The notes under the pieces were generated by a model. It worked only from the letters and a program-made list of their open reading frames with translations. It made no database searches and was not told where the DNA came from. The position numbers and the translations under genes are program-made. A stretch of DNA of 64,000 bases, from positions 64,001 to 128,000 of the forward strand of contig CBDBHE010000002.1 of NCBI GenBank assembly GCA_965205605.1, in the 5' to 3' direction. Positions 61,265 through 64,000 of this stretch are shown here, one piece after another. The stretch comes from Spirochaetota bacterium. Lineage in GTDB: Bacteria > Spirochaetota > UBA12135 > COTS27 > CBDBHE01. Numbering within the stretch: position 1 is the first letter of the stretch; the number at the start of each line of letters is the position of its first letter.

Positions 61265-63568
61265 TCAATTATTCCTTAATTCTTTAGCAGCACTAACCAT
61301 ATTATTTAAAGCTTCTTTTACCTCAAGCCACTGCCTTGTTTTAAGACCACAATCAGGGTTGACCCAAATGTTTTCGGCAGGAAGTACGTCAGTTGCCTTT
61401 TTTAATAAAGTGGTCATTTCTTTTAAAGAAGGGACTCGAGAAGAATGCACATCATAAACTCCAGGGCCGATTTCATTTGGGTATTTAAAATTTGCAAAAA
61501 CTTTTAAAAGCTCCATTTGAGATCTAGAAGTTTCAATAGAAATCACATCAGCATCTAAATCAGCAATCGCTTGAATAATGTCATTAAACTCTGCATAGCA
61601 CATATGGGTGTGAATTTGTGTGGTGTCTTTTACATTGGTATAGCTTAATTTGAAAGCTTTCACAGACCATTTTAAGTAACTTTCCCAGTCTTCTTTCCTA
61701 AGAGGTAGGCCTTCTCTTAAAGCAGGTTCGTCAATTTGAATAATCGTAATCCCTTCTTTTTCTAAATCAAGGACTTCATCTTTTAAAGCCAGAGCAATTT
61801 GTTTAGCTGTTTTTTCTCTTGCTTGATCATCTCGTACAAAGCTCCATTGAAGCATTGTAATGGGTCCCGTTAACATGCCTTTAATAGGGCTTTTAGTTAA
61901 AGATTGTGCAAAAGTAGACCACTTTACGGTCATTGATTTGGTTCTTGAAACATCTCCGTATAAAACAGGGGGTTTGACACATCGACTACCATAGCTTTGC
62001 ACCCATCCATTTTCTGTAAAAGTATATCCTTTGAGTTGTTCTCCAAAGTATTCAACCATATCGTTTCTCTCTGCTTCTCCATGAACAAGTACATCAAGCC
62101 CAATATTCTCTTGTTCTTTGATAACATTTTTGATTTCTTGTTGCATAAATGATTCATATGCTTCTTTAGAAACTTCATTTTTTTTAAATTGTCTTCTTAT
62201 TTTTCTAATTTCTTTTGTTTGAGGAAAAGACCCAATGGTGGTGGTTGGGAAAAGGGGAAGGTTGTATTTTTCTTTTTGACTTTTTTGTCTTTTAATAAAA
62301 TTAGAAATTCTACCTGTTTGGTTTGCTTCATCAGAATGGAGTCTTTTTTGAACCTCTTTATTATGAATAAGATAGCTTTTTTTTCTAGATAAATTATTTT
62401 TTTTATTTTCTTCTAAATCTTCTTTAAAAGAGTTTTCTTCTTTCGCCAAAGAAGAAAGGCAGATGACTTCTTTTAATTTTTCTTCTGAAAAAGAAAGCCA
62501 ATTTTTAATCTCTTTATTAATTTTATTTTCGTGTCTAAGGGTCACAGGAGAGTGCAATAAAGAGCAAGAAGGAGCTATCATTAATTGTTCTTTTGGAATG
62601 ATGCTTGCTATTTTATTAATGATGTTTAAAGAGCTTACAAAGTTATTTTTCCAAATATTTCTCCCATCAACTACTCCAATTGACAGTTTTTTATCTTTTG
62701 GAAAGTGACGGCTAATGGTTTCCAATTCTCCTAATCCACGTACTAAATCAACATGAAAAGCGTTAACAGGTAAGGAAAAAAATGCTTCTTTATTATTTTT
62801 TAAAGGACCAAAATAATTGGCTATTAATAAGTTTGTTTGGTTTACAGCTTGATTAAATTTTCCGTAAGTTTTTAAAAATAAGTTTTTTATTTTTTCATTT
62901 AAATTAAGAGAAAAAATTGGTTCGTCAAATTGAATCCATTCACAGTCTAGGTTTTCTAATTTTTTAATGATTTCTAGGTACGTTTGTGTTAGTTGGTCTA
63001 AAAGCTCAAATGAATCAAAAGAAGTGTCGTTATTTTCATTTTTACCTAAAAACAAATAAGTTAAAGGACCAATTAAAACTACTTTACTAGAAATACTTTG
63101 ATTTTTAGCTTCTTTAAATTCGTCAAAAACTTTATCAGAGGCTATTTTAAATTTTCTTTTTTGATTAAATTCGGGAAGAATATAGTGATAATTTGTATCA
63201 AACCATTTACTCATTTCAGAAGCAAAGGTTGCCTTTTTTTCTTCACCTTTTTTTGAAAACCCTCTGGCAATGGTAAACGATAAATCTAAATTAGTTTGAT
63301 TTTTATCCCAAGAAAAACGAGAAGGAATATTTCCAAGAAGACAAGTCATATCAAGTACTTGATCATAAAAACTAAAATCATTAGAAGGAATAAGGCTTAT
63401 TCCAATATTTTTTTGAAATGCCCAGTTTTTATTTCTAATTTCTTTACCTACTTGTTGTACTTGATCAATCGTTGTCTCTCCTTTCCAGTAGGATTCGACT
63501 ATTTTTTTGATTTCTCTTTTTTCTCCTATTCTAGGGTAACCCAAGTTATGAGTAATAAATGACGCCAT
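61265..63568 (-). CDS. metE: cobalamin-independent methionine synthase
   Basis: LGYPRIG, KWFDTNYHY, PTTTIGSFPQT, HGEAERNDMVEYF, HTHMCY, WVNPDCGLKTR. Confidence 0.98.
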   Translation of the reverse strand: MASFITHNLGYPRIGEKREIKKIVESYWKGETTIDQVQQVGKEIRNKNWAFQKNIGISLIPSNDFSFYDQVLDMTCLLGNIPSRFSWDKNQTNLDLSFTIARGFSKKGEEKKATFASEMSKWFDTNYHYILPEFNQKRKFKIASDKVFDEFKEAKNQSISSKVVLIGPLTYLFLGKNENNDTSFDSFELLDQLTQTYLEIIKKLENLDCEWIQFDEPIFSLNLNEKIKNLFLKTYGKFNQAVNQTNLLIANYFGPLKNNKEAFFSLPVNAFHVDLVRGLGELETISRHFPKDKKLSIGVVDGRNIWKNNFVSSLNIINKIASIIPKEQLMIAPSCSLLHSPVTLRHENKINKEIKNWLSFSEEKLKEVICLSSLAKEENSFKEDLEENKKNNLSRKKSYLIHNKEVQKRLHSDEANQTGRISNFIKRQKSQKEKYNLPLFPTTTIGSFPQTKEIRKIRRQFKKNEVSKEAYESFMQQEIKNVIKEQENIGLDVLVHGEAERNDMVEYFGEQLKGYTFTENGWVQSYGSRCVKPPVLYGDVSRTKSMTVKWSTFAQSLTKSPIKGMLTGPITMLQWSFVRDDQAREKTAKQIALALKDEVLDLEKEGITIIQIDEPALREGLPLRKEDWESYLKWSVKAFKLSYTNVKDTTQIHTHMCYAEFNDIIQAIADLDADVISIETSRSQMELLKVFANFKYPNEIGPGVYDVHSSRVPSLKEMTTLLKKATDVLPAENIWVNPDCGLKTRQWLEVKEALNNMVSAAKELRNN

Positions 63569-63665
63569 TTTTTTTTCCTTAAATTAATACATTATCATAT
63601 AATGATACAATAATATGATTTTTTTGCTTAAAAAAACTATTTATTTTTAGCAAGAATTTTTTGAG

Positions 63666-63762
63666 AAACAATCGTATTGCCGATTGTTTTTTGTAAGCCG
63701 CAAGTCGTTGCTTTCCTCCAAATTTGAGGGAGGTTTCGAAACTGTCTTCCTTCAACGAATGC
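63666..63762 (-). promoter_or_regulatory. putative structured RNA element in the metE leader
   Basis: GC-enriched island with TCGTTG/CAACGA closing stem, CCTCC/GGAGG and GTTTCGAAAC hairpins, plus a 9-bp AAACAATCG/CGATTGTTT hairpin; family not identified. Confidence 0.45.
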
Positions 63763-64000
63763 TTTGAATGTAGTTTAATACTCAGAATTAGTTATAATAG
63801 TAAAGCTAGTTTTATATGACTAATAAAATAAATAAGCTTCTTAAATTTTTTGATATTATTAAGGGCTATTCACAAAAAATCTATGAAAAAGGAAAAAAAT
63901 ACAAGAAAAGCTCTTCTCTTTAGAAGTTGACTTGGTAATTAAATGATATAATACCAAGAGGCTTAAAATATTTTTTAAATGAAGCAGCGGTGAAAGTATT

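Noticed and set aside
63975-64000. GAAGCAGCGG at the window end as SRP RNA
   Set aside because: The upstream CAGG..GGAA half of the SRP domain IV motif is missing and the sequence is truncated by the window edge.

Overview
AT-rich, mostly housekeeping chromosome segment from a flagellated diderm bacterium. The RpoC N-terminus ([20 protein letters not shown]), FliS and LpxC suggest an LPS-making Spirochaetota lineage, which is an inference. The core content is five tRNAs (Leu, Gly, Tyr, Thr, Trp), secE-nusG-rplKAJL-rpoBC, menG-menD-menB-pfk, mreBCD, rpsF-ssb-rplI-dnaB, recN, lgt, ugd, mutY and metE. No CRISPR, rRNA, prophage or IS element was recognised. The most system-like locus (53.3-59.4 kb) is a six-gene run: membrane-anchored spermidine-synthase-like enzyme, exported DxDGDG/low-complexity protein, tandem DUF350, unknown protein, YbjN/CesT-like chaperone and PspA, followed by a convergent rhomboid. 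It is a variant of the poorly understood polyamine/PspA (yjf-like) envelope-stress module. Other oddities are a receiver-domain-LpxC fusion, a rubredoxin-like Cys4 insert in RpoB, an orphan trans-AT-PKS-type acyltransferase plus PPTase, an SPL-like radical SAM enzyme coupled to a nucleosidase-like gene, a SpoIVB/S55 protease plus beta-propeller pair, a Tat-lipoprotein FGE, a structured metE leader, a decaying 6.3-8.2 kb region with a 7-mer microsatellite, and several homopolymer frameshifts (one in dnaB) that may be assembly errors. All family assignments are by eye, from motifs.
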